DNA of 64,000 bases, taken from positions 4,352 through 68,351 of the forward strand of contig JAAYOD010000045.1 of assembly GCA_012520515.1 (NCBI GenBank). Reading direction: 5' to 3'. The notes under the pieces were generated by a model. That model searched no databases. It had not been told where the DNA came from and saw only the letters and a program-made list of their open reading frames with translations. A program made the position numbers and the translations under genes. This DNA is from Clostridiales bacterium. GTDB taxonomy: Bacteria; Bacillota; Clostridia; Christensenellales; DTU072. Shown one piece after another: positions 1 to 9,389 of this stretch (position 1 is the first letter of the stretch; each line of letters begins with the position of its first letter).

Positions 1-132
1 AATGGAAGTTTTGATATCGTTAATGATGTCCAGCGTTGGATTGCTAGGTACGCAAAATGCAGCAACTACGCTTCTTGCTAAGCTTTCATTTGCCGCTATC
101 GCCTTAAAGCGAAAGCTCATATAGTTGTCCAT
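1..132 (-). CDS. spoIIAB: Anti-sigma F factor SpoIIAB, N-terminal 44 codons (gene runs off window start)
   Basis: Not in ORF track (truncated). Minus-strand ATG at 132..130, 15 nt after spoIIAA stop. Translation MDNYMSFRFKAIAANESLARSVVAAFCVPSNPTLDIINDIKTSI resembles the SpoIIAB N-terminus. Canonical spoIIAA-spoIIAB order. Confidence 0.7.
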   Translation of the reverse strand, partial: MDNYMSFRFKAIAANESLARSVVAAFCVPSNPTLDIINDIKTSI

Positions 133-147
133 ATCTTTCTCCTTGTG

Positions 148-453
148 CTAAATTTGCGGTATTATCTTGTAAATTCCGCTCACTCTTAATACTTTATCTA
201 TTTGTGTGTTGGGTTTTGTGATATAAATGGGTATATTTCTGGCTTTGAGTTTTTTATATCTGCCCATAATTAGACCAATGCCTGTGCTGTCCATAAAGCT
301 AAGCTTTTCCATATCAAAAACGACATTTCTAACATTAATTCTGTCTAAATAATCATCTATGTCGGCACGAAGTTTTGTAGCCACGCTGTGGTCTAATTCT
401 CCCTCCAAATAGATGCAGAGATTATTATTTTTTATCTTGGTCTTAACTACCAT
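148..453 (-). CDS. spoIIAA: Anti-sigma F factor antagonist SpoIIAA (STAS domain)
   Basis: 101 aa. STAS pattern with phosphorylatable Ser motif FMDSTGIG. GGAGG RBS upstream of ATG. Followed by spoIIAB. Confidence 0.85.
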   Translation of the reverse strand: MVVKTKIKNNNLCIYLEGELDHSVATKLRADIDDYLDRINVRNVVFDMEKLSFMDSTGIGLIMGRYKKLKARNIPIYITKPNTQIDKVLRVSGIYKIIPQI

Positions 454-563
454 AAAACTACCTCCAACGAGAAATCATTATATAGTAGTTATTGACGATA
501 AAATTAAAATATAATGTTGTAAAAAATATAAAAATGTATAAAATTACTGATTTTTTTAATTTG

Positions 564-594
564 TAAAAAAAACCCTTGTCATTTTAACAAGGGT
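564..594 (-). terminator. Intrinsic terminator downstream of the MacB-like ABC gene
   Basis: 8-bp stem acccttgt(572-579)/acaagggt(587-594). On the minus strand it is followed by an 8-U run (A-run 564-571 on plus). Confidence 0.6.
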
Positions 595-625
595 TGTAAG
601 GTAAATTTGTGTTATAAAGCCTAAT

Positions 626-2989
626 TTATTCTGTTCGCAAGGCAAGCACTGGGTCTTTTTTTGCTGCTTTAAATGCAGGTATCAGTCCAGATATTACTGT
701 CAAGGCTACGCTGACTAAAATTAAAATTATTCCTTGATATATAGGCAATGACGCTAGTTGTTTGACACCTGCAGCATTGTAAACAATTATGTTTATTGGG
801 ATTGATGCAATATAGGTGAAAATAACGCCAATAAAACCAGCTAACAAACCAATTATGAATGTTTCAGCATTAAATACGCGCGCAATATCCTTTTTTCTCG
901 CACCTATTGCGCGTAAAATACCAATTTCTTTTGTTCTTTCCAGAACTGATACATAAGTGATTATGCCTATCATTACGCTAGAAACAAGCAGCGATATAGC
1001 GGTAAATGCAATTAGAGCAAAACTGATATAGTTTACCATTTCGGTAATTACCTTGCTTAGTATAGCCGCTTTGTCTGTATAAGCGACTATATGTTCAGGA
1101 TTGTTTTCATTCCACTTGTCAAGCGTGTCAAGTATGTTTTCTTTGGCGTCAAAATCAATAGGGAAAATGCGTATATCGTTTGGTAAAGACGCTCCTCCAA
1201 ATTTTCTAAGCGCTTCATCCCATTTTTCTTGGTCTGTTTCAAATTTCTGACCTTTAGAAAGTGGATTAGCTAAAGGATTGTCATTCATCCACTTTACTAG
1301 CTCTGATGACATATTCTGCTCTAGTATCCATTGGCTAAGCTCTCTTGTATAACCAATTCCGCTTTCTAACATTCCCGACTCTAGTTCAGGGCGTAAACGG
1401 GCTATACCCACTACTTTAAGAGTTTGGCAAGAATCAAAGTCTATGTTTATTTTTTCTTCAAAATATTCAAACTCTTCGATACTTTCCCCTGTCGTTCTAG
1501 TGTCGCTCTTTTTATCATATAAAAGATTGTTTGGTACTATTTTAAATGTTTTATTTACTATTTCAGAAAAATCGTACTCTGTAACTTCGTCATCTACCAC
1601 CTTATAGCCAAGATCTATAAGAACTTCTTCTTTAATGCGGTTATATTCGTCCACAATAACAACAACCTCATTTTTATCCTTGGGCAATTCTCCATAGATA
1701 GCTTGGTATTGCATTTCTGTAAACTCAGCGCTACCAAGCTCGGTAAATCCGCTTAACTTGCTGTAAGCAGTATCGCCTTTTTTAATGCCAAAGATATTTA
1801 TATCGTGGCTTGTGCGATAACTAATATCGTTTACCCATTCGGGTTTTATGTTGTCTTTTACAAATTGTATATATTCTTGGTCTAAGTCATTTTTTTTATA
1901 GATTTCGTCATGTCTCGTAGCCTCTTGTACAAATATTTTTTCAATGGAGGGAAACTTTGTCATAGTTTCTTCTACGATACGCATATTCATTGCTTGATCT
2001 ATTGCTTGATCTATATCAAAGCTAATAGTAGTAATGGTTATTGGATTAGTTGCTAGTGTTTCCACCGTAAGTGAATCTATATATGCATTTATACCGCTAG
2101 TTATTGCCAAAATCATAGCTATTCCTATAATGCCTATAGAGCCAGCAAAAGATGTGAGAATTGTCCTTGCTTTTTTGGTGTTTAGGTTTTTTAGACTAAG
2201 CGAAAGCGCCGTAAAAAAAGACATTGCTGTTCTATTTTTTCGGGTTTTTATATTGCTTACTTTTTTACGGTTATAATCACCATCTTCTTGGAAACTTATA
2301 TCAGTATCGCTATTGTAAGGGTTGGAGTCTTCAATAATTAGACCGTCTACCATTTTGATGGTCCTAGTAGAAAACCTGCGCGCAAGGTCTGGGTTGTGTG
2401 TAACCATAATAACAAGGCGGTCACGGGAAATCTCTTTAATGATTTCCATAATTTGCTCGCTAGTTTGCGTGTCTAGAGCGCCTGTTGGTTCATCGGCAAG
2501 TAAAATATCTGGGGAATTAACAAGCGCTCTTGCTATTGCCACTCTTTGCATTTGTCCGCCTGAAAGCTGATTAGGTTTTTTGCGCAACTGGTCGCCAAGT
2601 CCTACTTTTTCTAAGGCTTCTTTTGCTCTTTTTCTGCGCTCATCTTTAGATATACCTGACAATGTAAGCGCAAGCTCTACATTTTGAATAACAGTTTGAT
2701 GGGGAATAAGATTATATGTCTGGAATACAAAACCTATTTTTTTATTACGGTAGTTGTCCCAGTCATAAGCGTTAAAATCTTTGGTACTCTTATTGTCTAT
2801 AATAAGGTCGCCGCTAGTATACTTATCCAGTCCGCCAATGATGTTCATTAGCGTTGTTTTTCCACAACCTGACGGCCCTAGTACAGCTACAAATTCGCTC
2901 TTTCTAAAATCTACTGTCAAACCTTTTAAAGCTTCAATGGTTTGGTCAGCGACATAATAATTCTTAGTGATGGATTTTAGTTGTAACAT
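626..2989 (-). CDS. MacB-type ABC transporter, fused ATP-binding domain + FtsX-like permease
   Basis: 787 aa. Walker A GPSGCGKTT, signature LSGGQMQRVAIARAL, Walker B LLADEPTGALD, H-loop MVTHN. C-terminal FtsX-type helices. Long soluble segment between first and second TM helix. Confidence 0.85.
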   Translation of the reverse strand: MLQLKSITKNYYVADQTIEALKGLTVDFRKSEFVAVLGPSGCGKTTLMNIIGGLDKYTSGDLIIDNKSTKDFNAYDWDNYRNKKIGFVFQTYNLIPHQTVIQNVELALTLSGISKDERRKRAKEALEKVGLGDQLRKKPNQLSGGQMQRVAIARALVNSPDILLADEPTGALDTQTSEQIMEIIKEISRDRLVIMVTHNPDLARRFSTRTIKMVDGLIIEDSNPYNSDTDISFQEDGDYNRKKVSNIKTRKNRTAMSFFTALSLSLKNLNTKKARTILTSFAGSIGIIGIAMILAITSGINAYIDSLTVETLATNPITITTISFDIDQAIDQAMNMRIVEETMTKFPSIEKIFVQEATRHDEIYKKNDLDQEYIQFVKDNIKPEWVNDISYRTSHDINIFGIKKGDTAYSKLSGFTELGSAEFTEMQYQAIYGELPKDKNEVVVIVDEYNRIKEEVLIDLGYKVVDDEVTEYDFSEIVNKTFKIVPNNLLYDKKSDTRTTGESIEEFEYFEEKINIDFDSCQTLKVVGIARLRPELESGMLESGIGYTRELSQWILEQNMSSELVKWMNDNPLANPLSKGQKFETDQEKWDEALRKFGGASLPNDIRIFPIDFDAKENILDTLDKWNENNPEHIVAYTDKAAILSKVITEMVNYISFALIAFTAISLLVSSVMIGIITYVSVLERTKEIGILRAIGARKKDIARVFNAETFIIGLLAGFIGVIFTYIASIPINIIVYNAAGVKQLASLPIYQGIILILVSVALTVISGLIPAFKAAKKDPVLALRTE

Positions 2990-3067
2990 AAAAAAATTTC
3001 CTTAAATGTAATAAAGCACAATATATAATATAATACTACTCTTAGGTTAAAATATCCTTAAATGTAA

Positions 3068-3100
3068 ATAAAAAAGCACCTGCGATATTCTTGCAAGTGC
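3068..3100 (-). terminator. Intrinsic terminator after the six-tRNA cluster
   Basis: Minus-strand hairpin gcacttgc-aagaatatc-gcaggtgc (3076-3100) followed by UUUUUUAUUU. T-run on the plus side as well. Confidence 0.55.
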
Positions 3101-3113
3101 AATTTTTTATTTT

Positions 3114-3199
3114 TGGTGGAAGGAGGTGGATTCGAACCACCGTAGCCATCCGACGGCAGATTTACAGTCTGCTCCCTTTAGCCACTCGGGCATCCTTCC
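3114..3199 (-). tRNA. tRNA-Tyr (anticodon GTA), long variable arm, CCA encoded
   Basis: Reverse complement ggaaggatgcccgagtggctaaagggagcagactGTAaatctgc...ggttcgaatccacctccttccacca folds as a class II cloverleaf. Confidence 0.9.
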
Positions 3200-3204
3200 A
3201 TTCT

Positions 3205-3280
3205 TGGAGCTGGCTAAAGGAATCGAACCTTCAACCTGCTGATTACAAATCAGCTGCTCTGCCAGTTGAGCTAAGCCAGC
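3205..3280 (-). tRNA. tRNA-Thr (anticodon TGT), CCA encoded
   Basis: Reverse complement gctggcttagctcaactggcagagcagctgattTGTaatcagcaggttgaaggttcgattcctttagccagctcca. Anticodon stem gctga/tcagc. Confidence 0.9.
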
Positions 3281-3303
3281 TTAAGTAAATAAAATTTACT
3301 TAG

Positions 3304-3379
3304 TGGTGCCTTGGGGCGGAATTGAACCACCGACACGGAGATTTTCAGTCTCCTGCTCTACCGACTGAGCTACCAAGGC
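3304..3379 (-). tRNA. tRNA-Phe (anticodon GAA), CCA encoded
   Basis: Reverse complement gccttggtagctcagtcggtagagcaggagactGAAaatctccgtgtcggtggttcaattccgccccaaggcacca. Confidence 0.9.
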
Positions 3380-3385
3380 GATTAT

Positions 3386-3462
3386 TGGCGATTCGGATGG
3401 GGCTCGAACCCACGACCTCAAGCGTGACAGGCTTGCATTCTAACCAGCTGAACTACCGAACC
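3386..3462 (-). tRNA. tRNA-Asp (anticodon GTC), CCA encoded
   Basis: Reverse complement ggttcggtagttcagctggttagaatgcaagcctGTCacgcttgaggtcgtgggttcgagccccatccgaatcgcca. Confidence 0.9.
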
Positions 3463-3497
3463 GTACTTATATATAAATTTTAATTAAGATGCAATAT

Positions 3498-3574
3498 TGG
3501 TGGGCCTTCACGGACTTGAACCGCGGACCAATCGGTTATGAGCCGACCGCTCTAACCAACTGAGCTAAAGGCCC
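3498..3574 (-). tRNA. tRNA with CAT anticodon (elongator Met or lysidine-modified Ile2), CCA encoded
   Basis: Reverse complement gggcctttagctcagttggttagagcggtcggctCATaaccgattggtccgcggttcaagtccgtgaaggcccacca. The body resembles Ile2-type tRNAs, but Met versus Ile2 cannot be settled by eye. Confidence 0.8.
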
Positions 3575-3592
3575 TCATTGTTCAGCAAATTT

Positions 3593-3669
3593 TGGTCGGG
3601 GTGAAGAGATTCGAACTCCCGACCCCATGGTCCCAAACCATGTGCGCTACCAAACTGCGCTACACCCCG
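3593..3669 (-). tRNA. tRNA-Pro (anticodon TGG), CCA encoded
   Basis: Reverse complement cggggtgtagcgcagtttggtagcgcacatggttTGGgaccatggggtcgggagttcgaatctcttcaccccgacca. Confidence 0.9.
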
Positions 3670-3711
3670 ATATTGGACTACCATTTGACCGGTTTCCTTG
3701 CTGACTACCAT

Positions 3712-3740
3712 AATATACTATAAAATGTCCTGCTTGTCAA
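3712..3740 (-). promoter_or_regulatory. Sigma-A-type promoter for the tRNA cluster
   Basis: Minus strand TTGACA (3740-3735), 17-nt spacer, TATATT (3717-3712), about 40 nt upstream of tRNA-Pro. Confidence 0.5.
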
Positions 3741-3776
3741 CAAAATTTCAGCACATTTTGAATAGATAATTTTTAT

Positions 3777-5951
3777 TTAGCGATTATCCCTATGCACATC
3801 AAGCACTCCTTCGATTTGAGATAACTTTTTGATGGCATTCTCCAGCTCTTCGGTTTTTCTTATCTCTACACCAAAACTAATGACTGCTATATCGCTATTT
3901 TTTAGTACTCTTGCATTGGCGCTAACTATGTTTAGCTTTAATGAAGTCAATACTGAAGCTAGTTGTCCTAATATACCTTTGCGGTTGTCTGACTCAACGC
4001 GAAGTTTGGCAGTATATACGCTATCATCCCAGTTTGACCACGCAGCAGGCATTTTGCGCTCAGCTTCCACATTGCGCATATTTGGGCAGTTTTCTCTATG
4101 TACCATAACTCCTCTACCCCTTGTTATATACCCTATAATTTTATCGCCTGGAACGGGGTTGCAGCAATGGCTTAGCTTAATCAAAAAGTCGTCATAGCCA
4201 TCAATTAATATGCCCGAATGTTTATGTTGTATTCTTGTTTTTTGACCGTGTTGGTCGCTAACGCCTTTTTCAAGGAGCGCTTCAGCTTGACTAAGCGCCT
4301 GACTCTTTTTGTAAAAATCTATGAGCTTAAAGAGTATTTGATTGGTGGAAGTTCCGCCATAACCTACTGATGCGTACATATCTTCTATGGAGTTAAAGTT
4401 ATATCTATCTATTATTACTTTAAGCCAGTTTGGGTTGCTGATATCGGCATAATTGTATCCCTTATGACGCGCTTCTCGCTCTAGCATTTCTCTACCTAGC
4501 TTTATGTTTTCGTCTTTAGTCTGCTTTTTGAAAAAAGATTTTATCTTGGCTTTTGCCGATGATGTCACAGTAATTTTGAGCCAATCTCTAGACGGTCCTT
4601 TAGATTGATTGCTGGTAAGAATTTCTACCACATCGCCATTTTGCAATTGCGTGGAAAGAGGAACAATTTTTTTATTAACTTTTGCGCCTACGCATCTATT
4701 GCCTACTTCAGAGTGCACTCGATAAGCAAAATCTATACAGGTAGAGCCTTGTGGCAAGTTAAAGACATTGCCCTTAGGGCTAAATACATATATTTCGGTT
4801 AGGCTTACATCTCTTTTTAGCGTATCGACAAACTCAATAGAGTCTTCCACTTGGCTTTGCACTTCCAGCATATCTTTCATCCAAGATACTCTTGCATCGC
4901 TAGTTTTATTGAAAAAATCTTTGCCCTCTTTGTATTTCCAATGCGCTGCTATACCGTATTCTGCCACTTTATCCATTTCAAAAGTGCGAATTTGTATCTC
5001 AAACTTTTCCCCAAACTCGTTGATTACCGTTGTGTGCAAGCTTTGATACATATTGGGCTTTGGAACGGCAATATAATCTTTAAATCGACCAGGAATTGGC
5101 TTCCATAGTGAATGCACAATGCCCAGCACAGAATAACAGTCTCTAATATCCTTAACAATTACTCTTAAGGCAATCAAGTCGTGGATTTGGTCAAAATCTT
5201 TGTCTTGAGTCTTCATTTTGAGATAAATTGAGTATATATGCTTTGGTCTACCCTTAATTTCATAGCCTGGAGTAACTACATCCTTAATCTCTAAATCTAG
5301 CTTGTCGGCTATGCGATTAACTAGCACCATGCGGTTAATTCTCTCTTGGGCAAGGCGTTCATTTAGCTCTTTGAAGTCTTCTTTATACAAATACTTCATA
5401 GATAAGTCTTCTAATTCGCACTTTATCCAAGAGATACCAATTCTGCCAGCTAATGGGGCGTATATTCCTAGCGTTTCTTTAGCTTTCTTTGCTTGTTTTT
5501 CGGGGGGTAAAAAATTAAGCGTGCGCATATTATGCAGTCTGTCGGCAAGCTTAATAAGAAGTACCCTGATATCAGCGCTCATGGCAAGAAACAGCCTGCG
5601 AATGTTTTCCGCTTCCTTTTCTTCTTCTGTTTCCTTAACAGAGATACGGGTAAGCTTGGTTACGCCAGCGACAAGCTGTTCAATCTTTGCGCCAAACTTT
5701 GACTTTATTTCTTCTTCCGATATATCTGTATCTTCGATAACATCGTGAAGCAATGACGCAATAACGGTGTCTGAGTCCATATTAAGGTCTATCAAAATAT
5801 CTGCAACGGATAATGGATGAATGATATAATCTTCACCTGACGCTCTTTTTTGACCTTTATGTTTTTCATAAGCAAAGTCGACGGCATATCTTATGGCAAG
5901 GTAGTCACCTTCATTATAAATACCTTTTGCTTTCTCTAAAAACTTTTGCAT
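3777..5951 (-). CDS. relA: Bifunctional (p)ppGpp synthetase/hydrolase RelA/SpoT (Rel)
   Basis: 724 aa. HD hydrolase motifs (HPLSVA, LLHDVIEDT), RelA_SpoT synthetase core (YIAVPKPNMYQSLHTTV), TGS and C-terminal ACT-like region. Confidence 0.95.
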   Translation of the reverse strand: MQKFLEKAKGIYNEGDYLAIRYAVDFAYEKHKGQKRASGEDYIIHPLSVADILIDLNMDSDTVIASLLHDVIEDTDISEEEIKSKFGAKIEQLVAGVTKLTRISVKETEEEKEAENIRRLFLAMSADIRVLLIKLADRLHNMRTLNFLPPEKQAKKAKETLGIYAPLAGRIGISWIKCELEDLSMKYLYKEDFKELNERLAQERINRMVLVNRIADKLDLEIKDVVTPGYEIKGRPKHIYSIYLKMKTQDKDFDQIHDLIALRVIVKDIRDCYSVLGIVHSLWKPIPGRFKDYIAVPKPNMYQSLHTTVINEFGEKFEIQIRTFEMDKVAEYGIAAHWKYKEGKDFFNKTSDARVSWMKDMLEVQSQVEDSIEFVDTLKRDVSLTEIYVFSPKGNVFNLPQGSTCIDFAYRVHSEVGNRCVGAKVNKKIVPLSTQLQNGDVVEILTSNQSKGPSRDWLKITVTSSAKAKIKSFFKKQTKDENIKLGREMLEREARHKGYNYADISNPNWLKVIIDRYNFNSIEDMYASVGYGGTSTNQILFKLIDFYKKSQALSQAEALLEKGVSDQHGQKTRIQHKHSGILIDGYDDFLIKLSHCCNPVPGDKIIGYITRGRGVMVHRENCPNMRNVEAERKMPAAWSNWDDSVYTAKLRVESDNRKGILGQLASVLTSLKLNIVSANARVLKNSDIAVISFGVEIRKTEELENAIKKLSQIEGVLDVHRDNR

Positions 5952-5954
5952 TTG

Positions 5955-8240
5955 TTACTCTCTTGATAAGTACTTGAAAACAGCAGATTGAAGTAAATCT
6001 ACTTTGTTATTGTCAACGCTAAGTATATCATTGTTTGCTATTTTTATCAACCCTACATCGATAAATGTATAAAAAGCGGCTAAAAACTCTTTATATGTTT
6101 TCATATATCCAAAACTTACAAAATAGTTATACAATTCTTCTTCATCTTTATATTTATACGATTTGCCTATATTATTGTAACTAAAAATATAATCTTCGCG
6201 CAAACTCTCAACGCTAACTTTAGTATCAAAACTATCTATGTTCTTTACAACAACATTATGTGATTTGCTTTGTAAAAACCTTAAATAATTAGGCGATATA
6301 GTATCAAACATTACAATTTTTCTGTAATACTCAAAGGGAAAAGCCTTGTCGGGACTCAAAACCAAACTATCTGAGCCGTTTATCTCTTTTGTATTAAAGA
6401 TGTAATGGTTAATGTCATAATACTTTGCCTTATACTTTTCAAAAGTCTTGCCGTGAAAAGCAATATAAAGCGTTGGATTATCCCCTTTTGTTTGACATAC
6501 ATCATCATCTGTTTGGTAGTAATTAGCTACAAAGGTGCGTAAGTATCTCTTAAAGAGTGTATTTTCGTTAGGAATTTGTCCGCTTGGAATAATTTCCTTT
6601 ACCTTAAACTGTTTGCGTTGCTGGCCATTGTATTTATTTAGCTCTGCTGTATAAATTATACTATGAATAAACTCATTATAGTAATCAATTTGGGGATGGC
6701 CGTTAAAGTAAATCAGTTCCCCTTGCCTTGTATGCATTTTTATATGGTCCATTTTGCCAATTCTGCGGAATTTGGGTTGCAATGAACTATCTAAAAAAAC
6801 AGGTCGCGGATTGCTTTGTCCAAATGGCTCTAAAAGAGTAAGATTGTCAAAAAATTTTTTTGTTACTTCCTTGATTGCTAAGTTTGTATCATATTTTATG
6901 CATTTTTCCATAGCACTACTTGTATAGTTAGATGATATAAAAGCATTGGCTGAGTGTAAAAACTTATTTATATTTTCTTTTTTTATGCTGAGACCTGCGG
7001 CCATTGCATGACCGCCATATCTTATAAGGTGATGTTCACAATGTTGTAAAACTTGGTGGATATTAATGCTAGGAATACTTCTAGCTGAGCCTGTATAAGT
7101 ACCATCTTCGCTAAGCGTAAGTAAAATTGCAGGCTTATAAAACTCTTCTACAATTTTTGAAGATACTATTCCTATCACACCTTCATTCCAATTATTATTT
7201 TGTAATACAATAATTTTATTTTTGTATAAGTCATAGGTTTTTAATTGTTCTTTTGCTTCTAGATATATTTTAGCGTTTAGCTCTTGGCGTTCTTTGTTAT
7301 TAAAATTAAGCTCTTCAGCTAGCATACTAATTGCTGTTAAATCGTCTTCTATAAGCAAAGATAATGAGCTATAAGCTGTGTTTAGTCGCCCAGATGCATT
7401 TAGCATAGGGGCTATTTTGTAGCCAATATCGTATGAATTTAACTGTTTTATGTCTATTTCTCTTACATTAATAAGTTCTTTTATTCCTTTGCGACAATTG
7501 CCTTTTCTTATTTTTTCTATGCCGTACTTAGTAATTATTCTGTTGTCGTCAACAAGGGGCACGATATCAGCTATTGTGCTAATCGCACATATGTCTAGAT
7601 AATTAAAAGCCACTTCTTGTCCAAAAGCAGCTAAAACTAGCATAAAGGCAACTCCAGCGCCGCATAAACTTGTGAGATTGGGGTTAAGGCAGGGATTTAT
7701 TACTATACAGTCGGGCAGTGTGTCACATAAATTGTGATGGTCTGTAACTAATACATCTATTCCTAAACTTTTGATATAGTTTATTTCCTCTATTGATGTT
7801 ATGCCTAAGTCTACGGTAATAATTAAGTCGGGGTTATACTCTGCTTTTATCTTATCAATTGCAGCAAAATTTAGTCCATAGCCCTCTTCTGACCTTGTAG
7901 GAATGTAATAATAAGGGGTGTTTCCTTGACTTTTAAGCGCTAAATAAAGTATGGCGATAGCGCCAACGCCATCACAATCATAGTCACCGTATATAAGAAT
8001 TTTTTCATTGTTTTTTAGGGCTTTATATATTCTTTGCACAGCGCATTTCATACCTGTATATAAAAATGGGTCAGTAAGGTCATCTAAAGTACAGTGCAAA
8101 AAAGCGTTTATTTTATCTTTAGTATCAAATCCGCGCGCCAATAAGATATTAACAAAAGCCGCATCTAAGTTCAGTTCTTTAGATAGCCTGTCAATTTTAT
8201 TTTGGTCTGTAACGCTGTTTCGTAATTCTAATCTTGTCAT
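5955..8240 (-). CDS. recJ: Single-stranded-DNA-specific exonuclease RecJ
   Basis: 761 aa. DHH motifs (IYGDYDCDGV, LVTDHHN), DHHA1 region (GGHAMAAG). Conserved recJ-relA adjacency. Confidence 0.9.
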   Translation of the reverse strand: MTRLELRNSVTDQNKIDRLSKELNLDAAFVNILLARGFDTKDKINAFLHCTLDDLTDPFLYTGMKCAVQRIYKALKNNEKILIYGDYDCDGVGAIAILYLALKSQGNTPYYYIPTRSEEGYGLNFAAIDKIKAEYNPDLIITVDLGITSIEEINYIKSLGIDVLVTDHHNLCDTLPDCIVINPCLNPNLTSLCGAGVAFMLVLAAFGQEVAFNYLDICAISTIADIVPLVDDNRIITKYGIEKIRKGNCRKGIKELINVREIDIKQLNSYDIGYKIAPMLNASGRLNTAYSSLSLLIEDDLTAISMLAEELNFNNKERQELNAKIYLEAKEQLKTYDLYKNKIIVLQNNNWNEGVIGIVSSKIVEEFYKPAILLTLSEDGTYTGSARSIPSINIHQVLQHCEHHLIRYGGHAMAAGLSIKKENINKFLHSANAFISSNYTSSAMEKCIKYDTNLAIKEVTKKFFDNLTLLEPFGQSNPRPVFLDSSLQPKFRRIGKMDHIKMHTRQGELIYFNGHPQIDYYNEFIHSIIYTAELNKYNGQQRKQFKVKEIIPSGQIPNENTLFKRYLRTFVANYYQTDDDVCQTKGDNPTLYIAFHGKTFEKYKAKYYDINHYIFNTKEINGSDSLVLSPDKAFPFEYYRKIVMFDTISPNYLRFLQSKSHNVVVKNIDSFDTKVSVESLREDYIFSYNNIGKSYKYKDEEELYNYFVSFGYMKTYKEFLAAFYTFIDVGLIKIANNDILSVDNNKVDLLQSAVFKYLSRE

Positions 8241-8291
8241 TTTCCTTAAGAAAAAAGCCCGACCTAAGCGGGCTTTATTTGTGTTATACTG

Positions 8292-9389
8292 TTATGCTTT
8301 TTTTAATTTTCTTGTAGTTTCGTTGCCGCCTTTGTTTCTAAAGTTTTTGTTGGCTCTAGAACGCTTGATTTTTTCTCCTAGGTCTTTGAGGCCGCCCCAA
8401 AGCGGAGCAGATAAGAATATTGATGAATAAAAACCACCTAATAATCCAAACATGATAGGAAGCGCAAAATTTCTTACACTTGCAACACCAATAGCTGCAA
8501 TTAGAATAATGGTAATTAATGTTGTAATCGTGGTATAAAGCGTACGCGTCATTGTAGAATAAATTGATTTGTTTACAATTTCACCCAAATCATACCTCAC
8601 ACCCGAAGTCTTAAATGGTTTTAGATTACTTCTAATCTTGTCAAAAATAACAATGGTATTGTTGATAGAGTAACCTACAATGGTTATAATAGCTGCAACC
8701 ATGGTAGAGTTAATTTCGATATAGAAAATAACGGTCAACGCTAGCATCATTGCTACATCATGCCCAAGCGCAATTATTGCGGCAAGCCCGCTGTAAAAGT
8801 CAAAGCGAATCATAGTGTAGATAAGTATGATAACTAGTGATACAGTAATTGATATCAAAGCTGTGCGAACCAGCTTAATACTTGCAGAGTTACCAATTAC
8901 AACGGTGGTACAACTAGCTTTAACATCTTCTCCAAACTCTTTTGAAACCTTTGTTTCTATGCTAGCGCGAATGCTCTCATTTATTTTGTACATTTCTTCT
9001 ACTTTTTCATCAGTGCTATAATCAATAGCTTGACCGTCCACTACTGCAGTGTTTATATACTTGACAATAATTGAGTTTTCTCCGCTAGTTTGCGCAACGG
9101 AATAGGAAAAGCCTTTCTCGTTTAGAGCTTCTTCTATAATATCAAGGTTTTTTGTATATTTTTGTCCGCTATTCATGCCATCTGCGCCTGAATACTCTAC
9201 GGTAAGCATTGTTCCGCCTTTAAAGTCAACGCCTATATTGGCAAAACTGTTACGGTGTGAAAACTGATAGATAAGTCCGCAAACTATCATTATTAGCACT
9301 ACAGCAAGCGGTAAAATGGCGTAATACTTGCCGTTGTTATATATATCTAGCTTTTTGAATTTTGCAAAAAACTGTTTAATTTTGGACAT
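8292..9389 (-). CDS. secF: Protein translocase subunit SecF
   Basis: 365 aa. SecD/SecF family TM bundle. Overlaps secD by 14 nt. GGGGG RBS. Confidence 0.9.
   Translation of the reverse strand: MSKIKQFFAKFKKLDIYNNGKYYAILPLAVVLIMIVCGLIYQFSHRNSFANIGVDFKGGTMLTVEYSGADGMNSGQKYTKNLDIIEEALNEKGFSYSVAQTSGENSIIVKYINTAVVDGQAIDYSTDEKVEEMYKINESIRASIETKVSKEFGEDVKASCTTVVIGNSASIKLVRTALISITVSLVIILIYTMIRFDFYSGLAAIIALGHDVAMMLALTVIFYIEINSTMVAAIITIVGYSINNTIVIFDKIRSNLKPFKTSGVRYDLGEIVNKSIYSTMTRTLYTTITTLITIILIAAIGVASVRNFALPIMFGLLGGFYSSIFLSAPLWGGLKDLGEKIKRSRANKNFRNKGGNETTRKLKKA

Noticed and set aside
3091-3288. 65-aa plus-strand ORF
   Set aside because: It is the reverse complement of tRNA-Tyr and tRNA-Thr, so it is not coding.
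3829-5748. Several plus-strand ORFs (65-148 aa) inside relA
   Set aside because: They are antisense to a full-length, motif-rich RelA/SpoT gene. The translations are Ser/Leu/Phe-rich nonsense without starts preceded by SD sequences. The same reasoning applies to the other antisense ORFs in the track inside recJ, secD, clpC, dnaK, polA and elsewhere.
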